From assembly GCA_031291325.1 (NCBI GenBank), contig JARLJG010000034.1:3141-67140 (forward strand): a DNA stretch of 64,000 nt. The letters run 5' to 3'. Position numbers and translations under genes: made by a program. The first letter of the stretch is position 1, and the number at the start of each line of letters is the position of its first letter. Shown here piece by piece: positions 38,574 to 49,300 of this stretch. The notes beneath the pieces are model-generated. The model was not told where the DNA came from. It searched no databases and saw only the letters and a program-made list of their open reading frames with translations. The DNA comes from Burkholderiaceae bacterium (lineage in GTDB: Bacteria; Pseudomonadota; Gammaproteobacteria; Burkholderiales; Burkholderiaceae_D).

Positions 38574-38706
38574 TATGTAAACTCGTTAAAAAAGAACGAG
38601 CGTGTTATTTTGAACTAGGATAGAGAAAAATTTTGCGACGTGCAATACCAAACGGACAATCCTCACGATAATTAGTCGGCTGTTGCTACAGTTCCTGTCT
38701 GGGGAA

Positions 38707-38740
38707 TGAAAAAGGCCACCGATGGAACCGCTCGGTGGCC
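38707..38740 (-). terminator. Rho-independent terminator downstream of dnaJ
   Basis: On the minus strand: GGCCACCGA, 9-nt loop, TCGGTGGCC, followed by TTTTT (plus-strand 38709-38740). Confidence 0.6.
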
Positions 38741-38857
38741 TCTATCCAGCAATGGCAATTCAGGTTGGCGCGAAATTCCAAGCAGATTGATGCGCTGCAC
38801 AAAATCCTGGCGAGCGGCTCTATCTCGGGCCGCGCGGCAGATTTTCAAAAGCGTTCT

Positions 38858-39994
38858 TTACTCGAAAAATTCCTTGACCTTGTCTTTCCACGACTTGCTT
38901 TGCGGATTATGCTTGGCGCCGCCTTCGGTGGTGGAGCGCTCCAGTTCGCGCAGCAACTCTTTTTGCTTTTCGGTAAGCTTGACCGGCGTCTCGACCACGA
39001 CGTGGCAAAACATATCGCCGGCATAACCGGAACGCACGCCCTTGATGCCCTTGCTGCGCAGGCGGAAGGTCTTGCCGGACTGGGTGCCCTCGGGAATGGT
39101 GAAGGACGCCTTGCCGCTCAGGGTCGGCACTTCGATCTCGCCGCCCAACGCTGCCTTGGCAAACGATATCGGCATTTCGCAATGCAAATCGTCGCCGTCG
39201 CGCTGGAATACCGGATGCGCCTTGATATGGATTTCCACATACAAATCGCCCGGAGGACCGCCATTCATGCCGGGTTCGCCATTGCCGGACGAGCGAATCC
39301 GCATGCCGTCGTCGATGCCGGCCGGAATCTTGACTTCCAAGGTCTTGTTGCGCTTGATGCGTCCCGCGCCCGCGCAGGTCGGGCATGGCGTCGGGATGAT
39401 TTTCCCGGTGCCGTGACACTTCGAGCAGGTTTGCTGGATGCTGAAGAAGCCTTGCTGCATGCGCACCTGGCCATGCCCGCCGCAGGTGGTGCAAGTGGTC
39501 GGGTTGGTGCCCGGCTTGGCGCCGGAACCGTGGCAGGTCTCGCAAGCGTCCCAGGACGGCACGCGAATGGTGGTGTCGAATCCATGCGCTGCCTGTTCCA
39601 GCGTGATCTCCAGGTTATAGCGCAAATCGGCGCCGCGATAGACTTGCGGGCCGCCGGCCCGGCCGCCGCGCGCGGCGCCGCCGAAAATATCGCCGAAAAT
39701 ATCGCCGAAAGCATCGGCGAAGCCGCCGGCGCCGGCGCCGCCGAAGCCCCCGCCGCCGCCCATGTTCGGGTCGACGCCGGCATGACCGTAACGGTCATAG
39801 GCTTCGCGCTTGGCCGGCTCCGACAGCATCTCGTAGGCTTCTTTCGCCTCCTTGAATTTTTCTTCGGAGCCTTTGCTATCCGGATTGCGATCCGGATGGT
39901 ATTTCATCGCGAGTTTGCGATATGCCTTCTTGATTTCTTCATCCGAGGCATTCTTCGCCACACCCAACACTTCGTAAAAATCACGCTTCGCCAT
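38858..39994 (-). CDS. dnaJ: Molecular chaperone DnaJ
   Basis: [12 protein letters not shown]...[13 protein letters not shown] (J domain), a G/F-rich region, and four CxxCxGxG zinc-finger motifs. Confidence 0.98.
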   Translation of the reverse strand: MAKRDFYEVLGVAKNASDEEIKKAYRKLAMKYHPDRNPDSKGSEEKFKEAKEAYEMLSEPAKREAYDRYGHAGVDPNMGGGGGFGGAGAGGFADAFGDIFGDIFGGAARGGRAGGPQVYRGADLRYNLEITLEQAAHGFDTTIRVPSWDACETCHGSGAKPGTNPTTCTTCGGHGQVRMQQGFFSIQQTCSKCHGTGKIIPTPCPTCAGAGRIKRNKTLEVKIPAGIDDGMRIRSSGNGEPGMNGGPPGDLYVEIHIKAHPVFQRDGDDLHCEMPISFAKAALGGEIEVPTLSGKASFTIPEGTQSGKTFRLRSKGIKGVRSGYAGDMFCHVVVETPVKLTEKQKELLRELERSTTEGGAKHNPQSKSWKDKVKEFFE

Positions 39995-40154
39995 CTTGTC
40001 CGCACCTGGTTAATTCTGAGTCGCCCGCGCCCAAACGACGCTAAGTTTTCGCGCTGCGCCTGAGCGAAAACGCCGAGACAAAGTTCGCATGGCGATCTCG
40101 GTCTCGGCGAGTCAACGTCCTGCTTGCTGCTGCAGGGCGCTTGACGTGTATGCG

Positions 40155-42110
40155 TTACTTGTCCTTGACTTCCTTGAAGTCCGCATCCACGACATCTTCT
40201 TCCTTGCCTTTGCCTTCGGCGCCGCCCGCACTGGCCCCGTGCGCATGCTCGCCACCCGCTGCCGCACCGGCGGCAGCCTGCTGTGCCTGCATGTCGGCAT
40301 ACATCTTTTCACCCAACTTTTGCGCTGCGGTGGAAAGTGCCGCCACCTTGGCGTCGATTGCTGCCTTGTCGCTGCCCTTCAAGGATTCTTCCAGTTCCTT
40401 GATTGCCGCCTCGATTTTCTCTTTTTCGCCGGCTTCCAGCTTGTCGCCGTATTCCGTCAAGGATTTGCGGGTCGAATGCACCAGCGCGTCGCCCTGGTTA
40501 TGCGCTTCCGCCACTTCCTTCAGTCGCTTGTCTTCCTCGGCATTGGCTTCGGCGTCGCGCACCATCTTTTGGATTTCCTCTTCGGTCAAACCCGAATTGG
40601 CCTTGATGGTGATCTTGTTTTCCTTGCCGGTGGCCTTGTCCTTGGCGCCGACATGCAAGATGCCGTTGGCGTCGATGTCGAAGGTCACTTCGATTTGCGG
40701 CGTGCCGCGTGCGGACGGCGGAATCCCTTCCAGGTTGAATTCACCCAGACCCTTGTTGCCGGCCGCCATTTCACGTTCGCCCTGATACACCTTGATGGTC
40801 ACCGCCGGCTGATTGTCGTCGGCCGTCGAAAACACCTGGCTGAACTTGGTCGGGATGGTCGTATTCTTCTTGATCATCTTGGTCATCACGCCGCCCAGGG
40901 TTTCGATCCCCAGCGACAGGGGCGTCACGTCCAGCAGCAGCAAGTCCTTGCGGTCGCCCGACAAGACCGAACCCTGGATCGCAGCGCCGACGGCAACCGC
41001 TTCATCGGGGTTGACGTCCTTGCGCGGATCCTTGCCGAAGAATTCCTTGACCTTTTCCTGCACTTTCGGCATACGGGTCATGCCGCCGACCAGGATGATG
41101 TCGTCGATGTCGCCCACCTTGACGCCGGCATCCTTGATGGCGATGCTGCACGGCGCGATGGTCTTGGCGATCAAATCCTCGACCAGCGATTCCAGCTTGG
41201 CGCGGGTGATCTTCAAGTTCAAATGCACCGGCGCGCCGTTGGCCATCGCAATGTACGGCTCGTTGATTTCCGTCTGTTGCGACGACGACAATTCGATCTT
41301 GGCGCGTTCAGCGGACGCCTTGATGCGTTGCAATGCAATCGCGTCCTTGCCCAGGTCCAGGCCATTGATCTTCTTGAATTCCTCGATGATGAAATCGATG
41401 ATGCGTTGGTCGAAGTCTTCGCCACCCAGGAAGGTATCGCCGTTGGTCGACAACACTTCGAATTGCATTTCGCCATCGACATCGGCGATTTCGATGATCG
41501 AGACGTCGAAGGTGCCGCCGCCCAAGTCATACACGGCAATCTTGCGGTCGCCCTTGCTGGTCTTGTCGAGGCCGAAAGCCAGTGCCGCCGCAGTCGGTTC
41601 GTTGATGATGCGCTTGACTTCCAGACCGGCGATGCGGCCTGCATCCTTGGTCGCCTGGCGCTGTGCGTCGTTGAAGTAAGCCGGCACGGTAATCACGGCT
41701 TCGGTCACTTCTTCGCCGAGGTAATCTTCGGCAGTCTTCTTCATCTTGCGCAGCACTTCGGCGGAGATTTGCGGCGGCGCCAATTTCTTGTCGCGCACGG
41801 CAATCCAGGCGTCGCCATTGTCGGCCTTCATGATCTGGTAGGGCATCAGGCCGATGTCCTTTTGCACTTCTTTTTCTTCGAACTTGCGGCCGATCAGGCG
41901 CTTGACTGCGTACAGCGTATTCTTGGGATTGGTCACGGCTTGACGCTTGGCCGGCGCACCGACCAGAATCTCGCCGTCTTCCTGGTAAGCGATGATGGAA
42001 GGCGTAGTGCGTGCGCCTTCGGAGTTTTCGATGACCTTGGGTTGCCCGCCTTCCATGATGGAAACGCAGGAATTGGTGGTGCCCAAGTCGATGCCGATAA
42101 TCTTGCCCAT
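40155..42110 (-). CDS. dnaK: Molecular chaperone DnaK (Hsp70)
   Basis: [16 protein letters not shown]...; full-length 651-aa Hsp70. Confidence 0.99.
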   Translation of the reverse strand: MGKIIGIDLGTTNSCVSIMEGGQPKVIENSEGARTTPSIIAYQEDGEILVGAPAKRQAVTNPKNTLYAVKRLIGRKFEEKEVQKDIGLMPYQIMKADNGDAWIAVRDKKLAPPQISAEVLRKMKKTAEDYLGEEVTEAVITVPAYFNDAQRQATKDAGRIAGLEVKRIINEPTAAALAFGLDKTSKGDRKIAVYDLGGGTFDVSIIEIADVDGEMQFEVLSTNGDTFLGGEDFDQRIIDFIIEEFKKINGLDLGKDAIALQRIKASAERAKIELSSSQQTEINEPYIAMANGAPVHLNLKITRAKLESLVEDLIAKTIAPCSIAIKDAGVKVGDIDDIILVGGMTRMPKVQEKVKEFFGKDPRKDVNPDEAVAVGAAIQGSVLSGDRKDLLLLDVTPLSLGIETLGGVMTKMIKKNTTIPTKFSQVFSTADDNQPAVTIKVYQGEREMAAGNKGLGEFNLEGIPPSARGTPQIEVTFDIDANGILHVGAKDKATGKENKITIKANSGLTEEEIQKMVRDAEANAEEDKRLKEVAEAHNQGDALVHSTRKSLTEYGDKLEAGEKEKIEAAIKELEESLKGSDKAAIDAKVAALSTAAQKLGEKMYADMQAQQAAAGAAAGGEHAHGASAGGAEGKGKEEDVVDADFKEVKDK

Positions 42111-42173
42111 AATATATTCCTCTTAATAACTAAATGACTGAAATTCGAAATGACTGAAATTCTGATAATCCAT

Positions 42174-42201
42174 ATATGTGGGAAAAGGCTGTTCCTTCAA
42201 G
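42174..42201 (-). promoter_or_regulatory. Probable sigma-32 promoter for dnaK
   Basis: The minus strand reads CTTGAAG, 12 nt, CCCACATAT, 64-91 nt upstream of the dnaK ATG. This approximates CTTGAAA-N13-14-CCCCATNT. Confidence 0.5.
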
Positions 42202-42231
42202 CATTTTTCCACGCACGTTTCTAATTATTTC

Positions 42232-42783
42232 TTATTGCGCAACGGTCACCAAAGCAGGACGCAGCAGTCGATCCGCAATCATATAACCCTTTTGCAGCAC
42301 GGTAACGATGGTATTGGGCTCTTGCTGGGCCGGCACCATCGAAATCGCTTGATGCTTCATCGGATCGAGCTTGTCGCCCGGTTTCGGATGAATTTCCAGC
42401 AACTTGTTCTTTTCAAAGGCCGACACCAATTGCTTCAAGGTCATGTCGACCCCTTGCTTCAAGGACTCGATGGACGGCGTCTCGATTTGCAGCGCGGTTT
42501 CCAGGCTATCTTTTACGGGAACCATTGCCTCGGCAAAACCTTCAATCGCATATTTATGCGCGCGCGAGATATCTTCCTGCGCACGGCGGCGGATATTTTC
42601 CGCATCGGCCTTGGCGCGCAAAAAGGCATCTTGCATTTCGGCTGCTTTGGCGATCGCATTCGCCAATTGCTCTTCCAGGCCCGACTGTGCCGGCGCTGCA
42701 GACTTTTCCGCCGCGTCAATTTTTTGATCTTGGGAAGCGCCTTCCACCTGCGATTCCTGAACTTGCTTTTCCTGATCCTGCAT
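42232..42783 (-). CDS. grpE: Nucleotide exchange factor GrpE
   Basis: ATG at 42783 ([12 protein letters not shown]...) within track ORF 42232-42837. ...[21 protein letters not shown]...[14 protein letters not shown] is GrpE-typical. Confidence 0.95.
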   Translation of the reverse strand: MQDQEKQVQESQVEGASQDQKIDAAEKSAAPAQSGLEEQLANAIAKAAEMQDAFLRAKADAENIRRRAQEDISRAHKYAIEGFAEAMVPVKDSLETALQIETPSIESLKQGVDMTLKQLVSAFEKNKLLEIHPKPGDKLDPMKHQAISMVPAQQEPNTIVTVLQKGYMIADRLLRPALVTVAQ

Positions 42784-42838
42784 TAGAAATCTCCAACAAA
42801 TCAATAACTTAGCGTAGACAATTTGCAACACCCGCATT

Positions 42839-42866
42839 ACATGGGGTTATCCCCACATATTTCAAG
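42839..42866 (-). promoter_or_regulatory. Sigma-32 heat-shock promoter for grpE
   Basis: The minus strand reads CTTGAAA, 13 nt, CCCCATGT, a near-perfect RpoH consensus 56 nt upstream of the grpE ATG. Confidence 0.75.
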
Positions 42867-42956
42867 GGTATTACCCTGACAAGATTTACATTTTCCAACA
42901 GGCCCCGACAATTTCTCTATCTAACTAGAGGATAGAGAGTACCTCTAGAAGTTGCG

Positions 42957-43036
42957 AAAAGCGCCCAAGGTCGAGTCGAGGAGCGGACATGTACGCATGT
43001 ACATCGAGCACCGCAGGCTCGAGATTGGGCGCTTTT
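42957..43036. repeat. Long hairpin with 12-nt perfect arms and a palindromic core
   Basis: aaaagcgcccaa (42957-42968) pairs with ttgggcgctttt (43025-43036). The interior holds ggtcgag.../...ctcgag pairings and the palindrome atgtacat. Confidence 0.55.
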
Positions 43037-43383
43037 GGCAATTTCTAGAGGTGCTCTGGAATATTTGGTTACAAATCTCACATGTTTATGGGATGTCGGA
43101 TTGGTGCACATGCACTACCATACAGCCATGGAACTGACACTATTTAGGCCAAGATTGCCATCTGGAAAACGTATGAAATTGCCGCTTATTCTTGCGTCCG
43201 TGGTTTCCTATGTCGTTCTGGCAACCATCTGGATTTGCTATTCCGAGCTGGTCGCTTTGTATTGACGCGGCGCGCTATTTTAGCAGCAAAAAATGGCGGA
43301 AAAACCGCCGAATGGGGCAGTTTGCCGCTTTTCCTTCTTTCGATCCGTGCCACTCTTTGAACAACCGCCTGGCGCAACTGGCG

Positions 43384-44490
43384 TCAATCGGGAGCGCCCG
43401 CTTCGCTTGCCAACTTCCTGATTAGCGTCGCCTCTTTTTCCAGCCGTTCGCGCATTGGCGCCGTCAGTTGCGTCGGCCAGCCTTGCAAATGATGTTCCGT
43501 CAAGTCGGCCAACGCGGCGATCCAGGCGGGAAGCTCGTTCAGGCATGGAATGTAATGGAATTCCTTGCCGCCGGCATCGATAAACATGTTGCGCGCTTCC
43601 ATTGCGATTTCTTCCAGCGTTTCCAGGCAGTCGCTGACGAAGCCGGGGCACATCACGTCGACTCGCTTGCAGCCTTCCTGCGCCAGCTTTTGCAGGCTGG
43701 GCGCGGTATACGGTTGCAGCCACTCGGCCTTGCCGAAGCGCGACTGAAAACTCAGCAAATAACGGTCCTGGGTCAAGCCCAATTGTTCGGCCAGCAAGCG
43801 CGCGGTCTTGTGGCATTCGCAAAAATAGGGGTCGCCCAGCAGCAGCGTGCGCTTGGGCACACCGTGGAAACTAATCACCAGCTTATCCGGTCGGCCATAG
43901 CGTTCCCAGTGCGCGTTGACGCTGGCGGCCAAGGCGTGCACATACCCTTCGTGATCGTGGTAATGCTTGATAAAGCGCATTTCCGGCACGTTGCGCTCGT
44001 GCGCATAGTGGGCGAAAACGGCATCGTAAATCGACCCGGTGGTGGGGCCGGAATATTGCGGGTAAGCCGGCAACACCAGGATGCGGTCGACGCCGCCAGC
44101 CTTCAAGTCTTGCAGGACTTTCTGCACCCCGGGATTGCCGTAGCGCATTGCATACACCACTTGCACATCGTGCCCGCGCTCGCCCAGGTAACCGCGCAGC
44201 AGGATCGCCTGCTTTTCGGTATGTTCCTTCAAGGGCGAGCCGTCTGCCGTCCAGATCGACGCATATTTATGCGCCGATTTCGACGAGCGGAACGGCAGGA
44301 TGATTGCATGCAGGATGAACCACCACAGCAACCTCGGAATTTCGACCACGCGCGGATCGGACAGGAATTCCTTCAAGTAGCGGCGCACCGCAGCCGGCGT
44401 CGCCTCGTCGGGCGTTCCGAGATTGATCAATACGACGGCGGTCTTGGCGGATGCGCCGTGCTGGTGGGGCGGTTCTGGACGAAAGGGCAT
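43384..44490 (-). CDS. hemH: Ferrochelatase
   Basis: ...TAVVLINLGTPDEATPAAVRRYLKEFLSDPRVVEIPR...; 368 aa. Confidence 0.95.
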   Translation of the reverse strand: MPFRPEPPHQHGASAKTAVVLINLGTPDEATPAAVRRYLKEFLSDPRVVEIPRLLWWFILHAIILPFRSSKSAHKYASIWTADGSPLKEHTEKQAILLRGYLGERGHDVQVVYAMRYGNPGVQKVLQDLKAGGVDRILVLPAYPQYSGPTTGSIYDAVFAHYAHERNVPEMRFIKHYHDHEGYVHALAASVNAHWERYGRPDKLVISFHGVPKRTLLLGDPYFCECHKTARLLAEQLGLTQDRYLLSFQSRFGKAEWLQPYTAPSLQKLAQEGCKRVDVMCPGFVSDCLETLEEIAMEARNMFIDAGGKEFHYIPCLNELPAWIAALADLTEHHLQGWPTQLTAPMRERLEKEATLIRKLASEAGAPD

Positions 44491-44505
44491 GGGGTTTTCA
44501 GGATC

Positions 44506-44694
44506 CTAGTTGAGCCGCTTGTGTTCGCTGGCACGGATCATGATCTCCAGCGTTGCTTCGAGTCGGATAACCCGCTCGGTTAATCCCTCGATCTTTTCTT
44601 GATGCGCCTTCAAGTTCGCGCCGTGACGCTCGACCTTGTCTTCCAGCTTGACCAGCGCCGTCAGTGCGGCCCAAACTTTCTCGGTAACGCCCAT
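44506..44694 (-). CDS. Small coiled-coil hypothetical protein (62 aa)
   Basis: MGVTEKVWAALTALVKLEDKVERHGANLKAHQEKIEGLTERVIRLEATLEIMIRASEHKRLN shows a heptad pattern. Its ATG shares one base with the upstream gene's TGA (TGATG). Confidence 0.5.
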   Translation of the reverse strand: MGVTEKVWAALTALVKLEDKVERHGANLKAHQEKIEGLTERVIRLEATLEIMIRASEHKRLN

Positions 44695-44987
44695 CACGCG
44701 CCCTTCCGCCGTTGTGCGGCGGCTTCCATCGCGGCGATGCGCTGGTTGCTGGCCGCAATGAACGCATCGACTTCGTCGATCGACGCCGACATCCGATTCG
44801 CTGCTGCCAGCGCGGCGTCGGCCAATGCGGCCAGTTCCGCGTCGGCATCCGGCGAGGTGTACGCTGCCGCCGCACGGCGCATCAACTCGCCCGCCGACAT
44901 GCCAAAGCGCTTGGCCTTGGCGCTGATTGCCTGTTTCTCTTTCGGTGTGGCTTGCACCACAATCCGCTCTGTCGCTGTTGCCGCCAT
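44694..44987 (-). CDS. Ribbon-helix-helix (CopG/MobC-like) domain protein
   Basis: The ATG at 44987 is preceded by GGAGGAA. MAATATERIVVQATPKEKQAISAKAKRFGMSAGELMRRAAAAY is an RHH pattern, followed by an Ala-rich helical tail. The track ORF extends to 45158. Confidence 0.6.
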   Translation of the reverse strand: MAATATERIVVQATPKEKQAISAKAKRFGMSAGELMRRAAAAYTSPDADAELAALADAALAAANRMSASIDEVDAFIAASNQRIAAMEAAAQRRKGA

Positions 44988-45111
44988 GATTTCCTCCGCG
45001 CAGTCGTCCATGTACATGACATGTGCATATGATACACCCGGCGGGTGGCGTGTCAATCGGGTAATAGCGATGGGGGTGTGATTCAAAGTTAGTAGGAAAC
45101 TTTCACCATCC

Positions 45112-45216
45112 CCTCCGTCTTTCCCGCGAAGGCGGGAGGCCGCCCCGCGGGAATCCATAGTGAATCAGTCTCGACTACCGGCTTATGGATTCCCGCCTTC
45201 GCGGGAAAGACGGAGG
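45112..45216. repeat. REP/MITE-family palindromic element, core-only copy
   Basis: cctccgtctttcccgcgaaggcggga[ggccgccccgcggga]atccata ... tatggattcccgccttcgcgggaaagacggagg. The same core occurs at 59358-59443 and 61317-61415. Confidence 0.85.
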
Positions 45217-45266
45217 TTTTGCACATTGCTTCGATATTTCCCACACAGTTTGAATCACACCCACCG

Positions 45267-46916
45267 CTACGACGCCAACAATTCCCGCGCATGCTTGCGC
45301 GTGGTCGCGGTAATTTCAATGCCGCCCAGCATGCGCGCGACTTCTTCCACGCGCGCTTTGTCGTCGAGCGCCTCGATGTGCGACACCGTGCGCTCGCCCG
45401 CCGCCCGTTTGCTGACCTGAAAATGCTGATTGGCCTGGCTGGCCACTTGCGGCAAATGGGTCACGCATAACACTTGGCGGTCTTGCCCCAGCCGTTTCAA
45501 CAAGCGCCCGACTACTTCGGCGACGCCGCCGCCGATGCCGCTATCGACTTCGTCGAAGATCAAGGTCGGGGTCGCCGTGGCGCTGCTGGCGATCACCGAA
45601 ATCGCCAGCGCAATACGCGCCAGTTCGCCGCCCGACGCCACCTTCGCCAAGGGCCGGGGCGCGCTGCCCGGATGCGCCGCCACCATGAATTCGACTTGTT
45701 CCAGTCCGTAGCTGGCCGGTTCGCAGGGATTCAAGGCCACCGCGAAGCGCCCGCCCGCCATGCTCAAATCCTGCATCGCGGCAGTCACCGCTCTGCCGAG
45801 GCTATGCGCGGCGCTGCTGCGCGCCGCCGACAATTTTTCCGCCGCCGACCGATACGCCGCGCCCGCCTTGACTTCTTGCGCGCGCAAGCCATCCAGATCG
45901 CTGGCATCGGCCAGTTGGCGCAATTGCGCAGCCAGCTTTTCGTGCTCTTGCGGCAATTCGTCGGGCGTGACGCGGAACTTGCGCGCGGTCGAATGAATCG
46001 CTTCCAGCCGCGCTTCGACTTCGCGCAAGCGGGCCGGGTCGAGTTCCACCCGGCTCAGGTAATCGTTCAATGCATACACCGCTTCCTGCAACTGGATGCG
46101 CGCCGGCTCCAAGGCCTCCAGCACCGGCTTCAAGCCATCGTCGATGGCGACCAGCTTGCCCATTTTCTGGTTCAGCGACGCCAGCCGCGACAGCATCGGC
46201 GCGTTGTCCGATTCGGAAATCGCATCGAGCGCCTCTTGCGCGCCTTCGATCAGGTTGGCTGCATGCGACAAGCGGCTATGTTCGTTCGTGATTTCGGTCC
46301 ACTCGCCGGGTTTGACCGCCAATTTCTCCAACTCGCCGACCTGCCATTCGAGCCGTTCGCGCTCCAGCAACACGTTCTTGGCGTTGACTTCAAATTCTTC
46401 ACGCTGCCTGGCGAGCGCTCGCCAAGCCTTGTACAGCACCGCCAATTCTTTCACCTGCTCTTGCAAGCCGGCCTGATTATCCAGAAGAAGCCGCTGCGCA
46501 TCGCTTTTCAGCAGGGATTGATGCGCGTGCTGGCCGTGGATATCGACCAGCATGTCGCCCAGTTCGCGCAATTGGGTGGCGGTGGCGGCGACACCGTTGA
46601 CGTAGGCCTTGGAGCGGCCCGCGTTATCGATCACCCGGCGCAGCAGCACGCTGCCTTCTTCCACTGCGAACTCATGCTCGCCCAGCCATTTTTGCACATC
46701 CGCGCCGGGGAAAAACTCAGCGGTAATGTCGGCCTTGGCGGCGCCTTCGCGCACGACGCTGGCGTCACCGCGCTCGCCCAGCGCTAGCGCCAGCGCATCG
46801 ACCAGAATCGATTTGCCGGCCCCGGTTTCGCCGGTCAGCACGGTAAATCCAGACGCGAAATCCAGCTCAATCGCGTCGACAATGACAAAATCGTGAATAG
46901 ATAGAGTGCGCAGCAT
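45267..46916 (-). CDS. recN: DNA repair protein RecN
   Basis: MLRTLSIHDFVIVD...LTGETGAGKSILVDAL... and C-terminal SGGELARIALA...IFDEVDSGIGG, the SMC-like RecN pattern. Confidence 0.96.
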   Translation of the reverse strand: MLRTLSIHDFVIVDAIELDFASGFTVLTGETGAGKSILVDALALALGERGDASVVREGAAKADITAEFFPGADVQKWLGEHEFAVEEGSVLLRRVIDNAGRSKAYVNGVAATATQLRELGDMLVDIHGQHAHQSLLKSDAQRLLLDNQAGLQEQVKELAVLYKAWRALARQREEFEVNAKNVLLERERLEWQVGELEKLAVKPGEWTEITNEHSRLSHAANLIEGAQEALDAISESDNAPMLSRLASLNQKMGKLVAIDDGLKPVLEALEPARIQLQEAVYALNDYLSRVELDPARLREVEARLEAIHSTARKFRVTPDELPQEHEKLAAQLRQLADASDLDGLRAQEVKAGAAYRSAAEKLSAARSSAAHSLGRAVTAAMQDLSMAGGRFAVALNPCEPASYGLEQVEFMVAAHPGSAPRPLAKVASGGELARIALAISVIASSATATPTLIFDEVDSGIGGGVAEVVGRLLKRLGQDRQVLCVTHLPQVASQANQHFQVSKRAAGERTVSHIEALDDKARVEEVARMLGGIEITATTRKHARELLAS

Positions 46917-47018
46917 GGTGGGAATCGGGTTTGTTGGATACCGTAGTCACGGCATTTTACGGCAGGAGCAATTGCCGTGCTTGTCACGTGTATTAAACAA
47001 TCAACACTCAATGCGCTC

Positions 47019-47924
47019 CTACTTTGAATGGCCGTCAATCGACAGATGTTCGTTCCAGTGCAGCTTTCGGCGCAGCGTATCGTAATAGCTCCAACCTTGC
47101 GGGTGGAGGAAGGTAATCGTGTGTTTCGAGCGCTGCACCACGATACGGTCATGATGCAACAGGCTGGCCAGCGACTGCATGTCGAAATTGACGCTGACGT
47201 CGCGCCCGCCGATGATTTCGATCACGATCTGGCTCGAATCCGGCACCACGATGGGCCGGTTCGACAACGCGTGCGGCGCAATCGGCGCCAGGCAGATGCC
47301 TTGCAGACTGGGATGCAAGATCGGCCCGCCGGCGGACAACGCGTAGGCAGTCGATCCGGTCGGGGTGGCGACAATCAAGCCGTCCGAGCGCTGGTTGTAC
47401 ATGAAATGGCCATCGACCTCGACCCGCAATTCAACCATGCCGGAACCGACGCCGCGCGCCACCACCACGTCGTTGAACGCCTGTGCGTGAAAAATCTTCG
47501 CCTGGTCGCGCTCGACCACGCCCTCGAGCAGACTGCGCTGCTCCGATTCGACCTTGCCGTCCAACATGTCGGACAAAACCGGAATCATGCGATCTTGCGA
47601 AATGTCGGTCATGAAGCCCAGGCGCCCTTGATTGATGCCGATCAGCGGCACCTTGTATTGCGCAAGCTGGCGCGCAATCCCCAACATCGTGCCGTCGCCG
47701 CCGAGGACGATGGCGACATCTGCGTGCCGGCCGATTTGATCCACCGTCATCGCAGTGACGCCGTCCAAGGCGATGTTTTGCGCCGTTTCGCTCTCGAAAA
47801 TGACGGTATGTCCCCGTTTGTCGAGAAACTCGGCGATTTCCGACAACGACTCGGCGATTCCTTCGGCGAGATATTTGCCGACGATGGCGACGGTTTTCAA
47901 GGCAATTGGCTTGGCGGATGACAT
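47019..47924 (-). CDS. nadK: NAD+ kinase
   Basis: ...[14 protein letters not shown]...[12 protein letters not shown]... are NAD kinase GGDG and NE/D motifs. Confidence 0.93.
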   Translation of the reverse strand: MSSAKPIALKTVAIVGKYLAEGIAESLSEIAEFLDKRGHTVIFESETAQNIALDGVTAMTVDQIGRHADVAIVLGGDGTMLGIARQLAQYKVPLIGINQGRLGFMTDISQDRMIPVLSDMLDGKVESEQRSLLEGVVERDQAKIFHAQAFNDVVVARGVGSGMVELRVEVDGHFMYNQRSDGLIVATPTGSTAYALSAGGPILHPSLQGICLAPIAPHALSNRPIVVPDSSQIVIEIIGGRDVSVNFDMQSLASLLHHDRIVVQRSKHTITFLHPQGWSYYDTLRRKLHWNEHLSIDGHSK

Positions 47925-48146
47925 CGTATGGGTGGGTCCTGAGGGCTGGTCCTGAGCGGTATGCTGCTGATTAGACCATAATTTTGCTTAGTTTCCATCG
48001 GGATATTACAGAAATATTCGCGCCGGCGACGCGTGGCCTTGTCCGCCAGTCTCTTTCCGCAACGCCAAGCAATCGACGAATTGGGGAAACGTTCCAATAT
48101 GCCGATTTACCTGAAATTTTGCAAAAAACCCGGCTAGAATACTCCC

Positions 48147-49169
48147 ATGCAACTCGATATCCGCGCACAAACTCTGCTCAAGGCCTTGGTCGAACGCTAT
48201 ATTGCCGACGGCCAGCCGGTCGGCTCGCGCGCGCTCGCCAAGATTTCCGGCTTGGAGCTGTCGCCGGCGACCATCCGCAACATCATGTCCGATCTGGAGG
48301 AAATGGGCTTCGTCTCCAGCCCGCACACGTCCGCCGGCAGGATACCGACGCCGCGCGGCTACCGCATTTTCGTCGACACGCTGCTGACCGTGCGCACGCT
48401 CGACGAATCCGCGCTGGAGTCGCAACTGCATCTGCGCATGCATACCAATTCGCCGAACAAGATCATTTCCAACGCGGCGCAAGTGTTGTCGTCGCTGTCG
48501 CAATTTGCCGGCGTCGTGTTGACGCCGCGCCACGAGTCGGTGTTCCAGCAAATCGAATTTTTGCGGCTGTCGGAAAAACGCATCCTGCTGGTCATCGTCG
48601 CCCCCAACGGCGAAGTGCAAAATCGCCTGCTGTTGACCGACGCCGATTACACGCCGTCGCAATTGATCCAGGCCGCCAATTACATCAACCAGCATTTCGG
48701 CGGACTCAGTTTCGACGACGTGCGCGTCCGCCTGCAAGCGGAATTGCGCCAATTGCGCGACGACATGACACGCCTGATGCAAGCGGCAGTCGAAGCCGGC
48801 AGCGATGCGATGGCCGACAGCGGCGAAGACATGGTGATTTCCGGCGAACGCAACCTGTTGAGCGTGACCGACTTGTCGTCGAACATGTCGTCGCTGCGCA
48901 AACTGTTCGACATGTTCGAGCAAAAGACCGATTTGATGCAATTGCTCGATGTTTCCAGCAAAGCCACCGGCGTGCAAATCTTCATCGGCGGCGAATCGCA
49001 GTTGGTGCCGATGGATGAAATGAGCGTGGTCACCGCCCCCTACGAAGTCAATGGCAAGATCGTCGGCACGCTAGGCGTGATCGGGCCGACCCGCATGGCT
49101 TACGAGCGGGTGATTCCGATTGTCGATATTACCGCCAAGTTGTTGTCGAATGCATTGAGTCAGGGCTGA
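48147..49169 (+). CDS. hrcA: Heat-inducible transcriptional repressor HrcA
   Basis: [32 protein letters not shown]...[28 protein letters not shown]... Confidence 0.95.
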   Translation: MQLDIRAQTLLKALVERYIADGQPVGSRALAKISGLELSPATIRNIMSDLEEMGFVSSPHTSAGRIPTPRGYRIFVDTLLTVRTLDESALESQLHLRMHTNSPNKIISNAAQVLSSLSQFAGVVLTPRHESVFQQIEFLRLSEKRILLVIVAPNGEVQNRLLLTDADYTPSQLIQAANYINQHFGGLSFDDVRVRLQAELRQLRDDMTRLMQAAVEAGSDAMADSGEDMVISGERNLLSVTDLSSNMSSLRKLFDMFEQKTDLMQLLDVSSKATGVQIFIGGESQLVPMDEMSVVTAPYEVNGKIVGTLGVIGPTRMAYERVIPIVDITAKLLSNALSQG

Positions 49170-49300
49170 AGCGATTGCTGGCGGAGAGGTCGCACGGCGC
49201 GGGTGTGGACCAACACCGGACGCGCCCTTGGCTGACTTGCTCCACACTTTTCGTGCACGACCATTCTCTTCGCCCGATCGTCTTTTAAAACAAGTCCGCT

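Noticed and set aside
43174-43265. 30-aa hydrophobic mini-ORF (MKLPLILASVVSYVVLATIWICYSELVALY) in the grpE-hemH gap
   Set aside because: It has no clear RBS and no recognisable family, and it is too short to support from sequence alone. It is mentioned only within the intergenic finding.
46917-47018. A LexA box upstream of recN, which is often SOS-regulated
   Set aside because: No CTGT-N8-ACAG motif is present in the 100-bp nadK-recN spacer. Only a weak hairpin (acggca...tgccgt) is visible, so no call was made.
47925-48146. Expected CIRCE operator (TTAGCACTC-N9-GAGTGCTAA) near hrcA or upstream of grpE/dnaK
   Set aside because: I found no match by eye in the nadK-hrcA intergenic region or upstream of grpE/dnaK. 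The heat-shock genes here carry sigma-32-type promoters instead.
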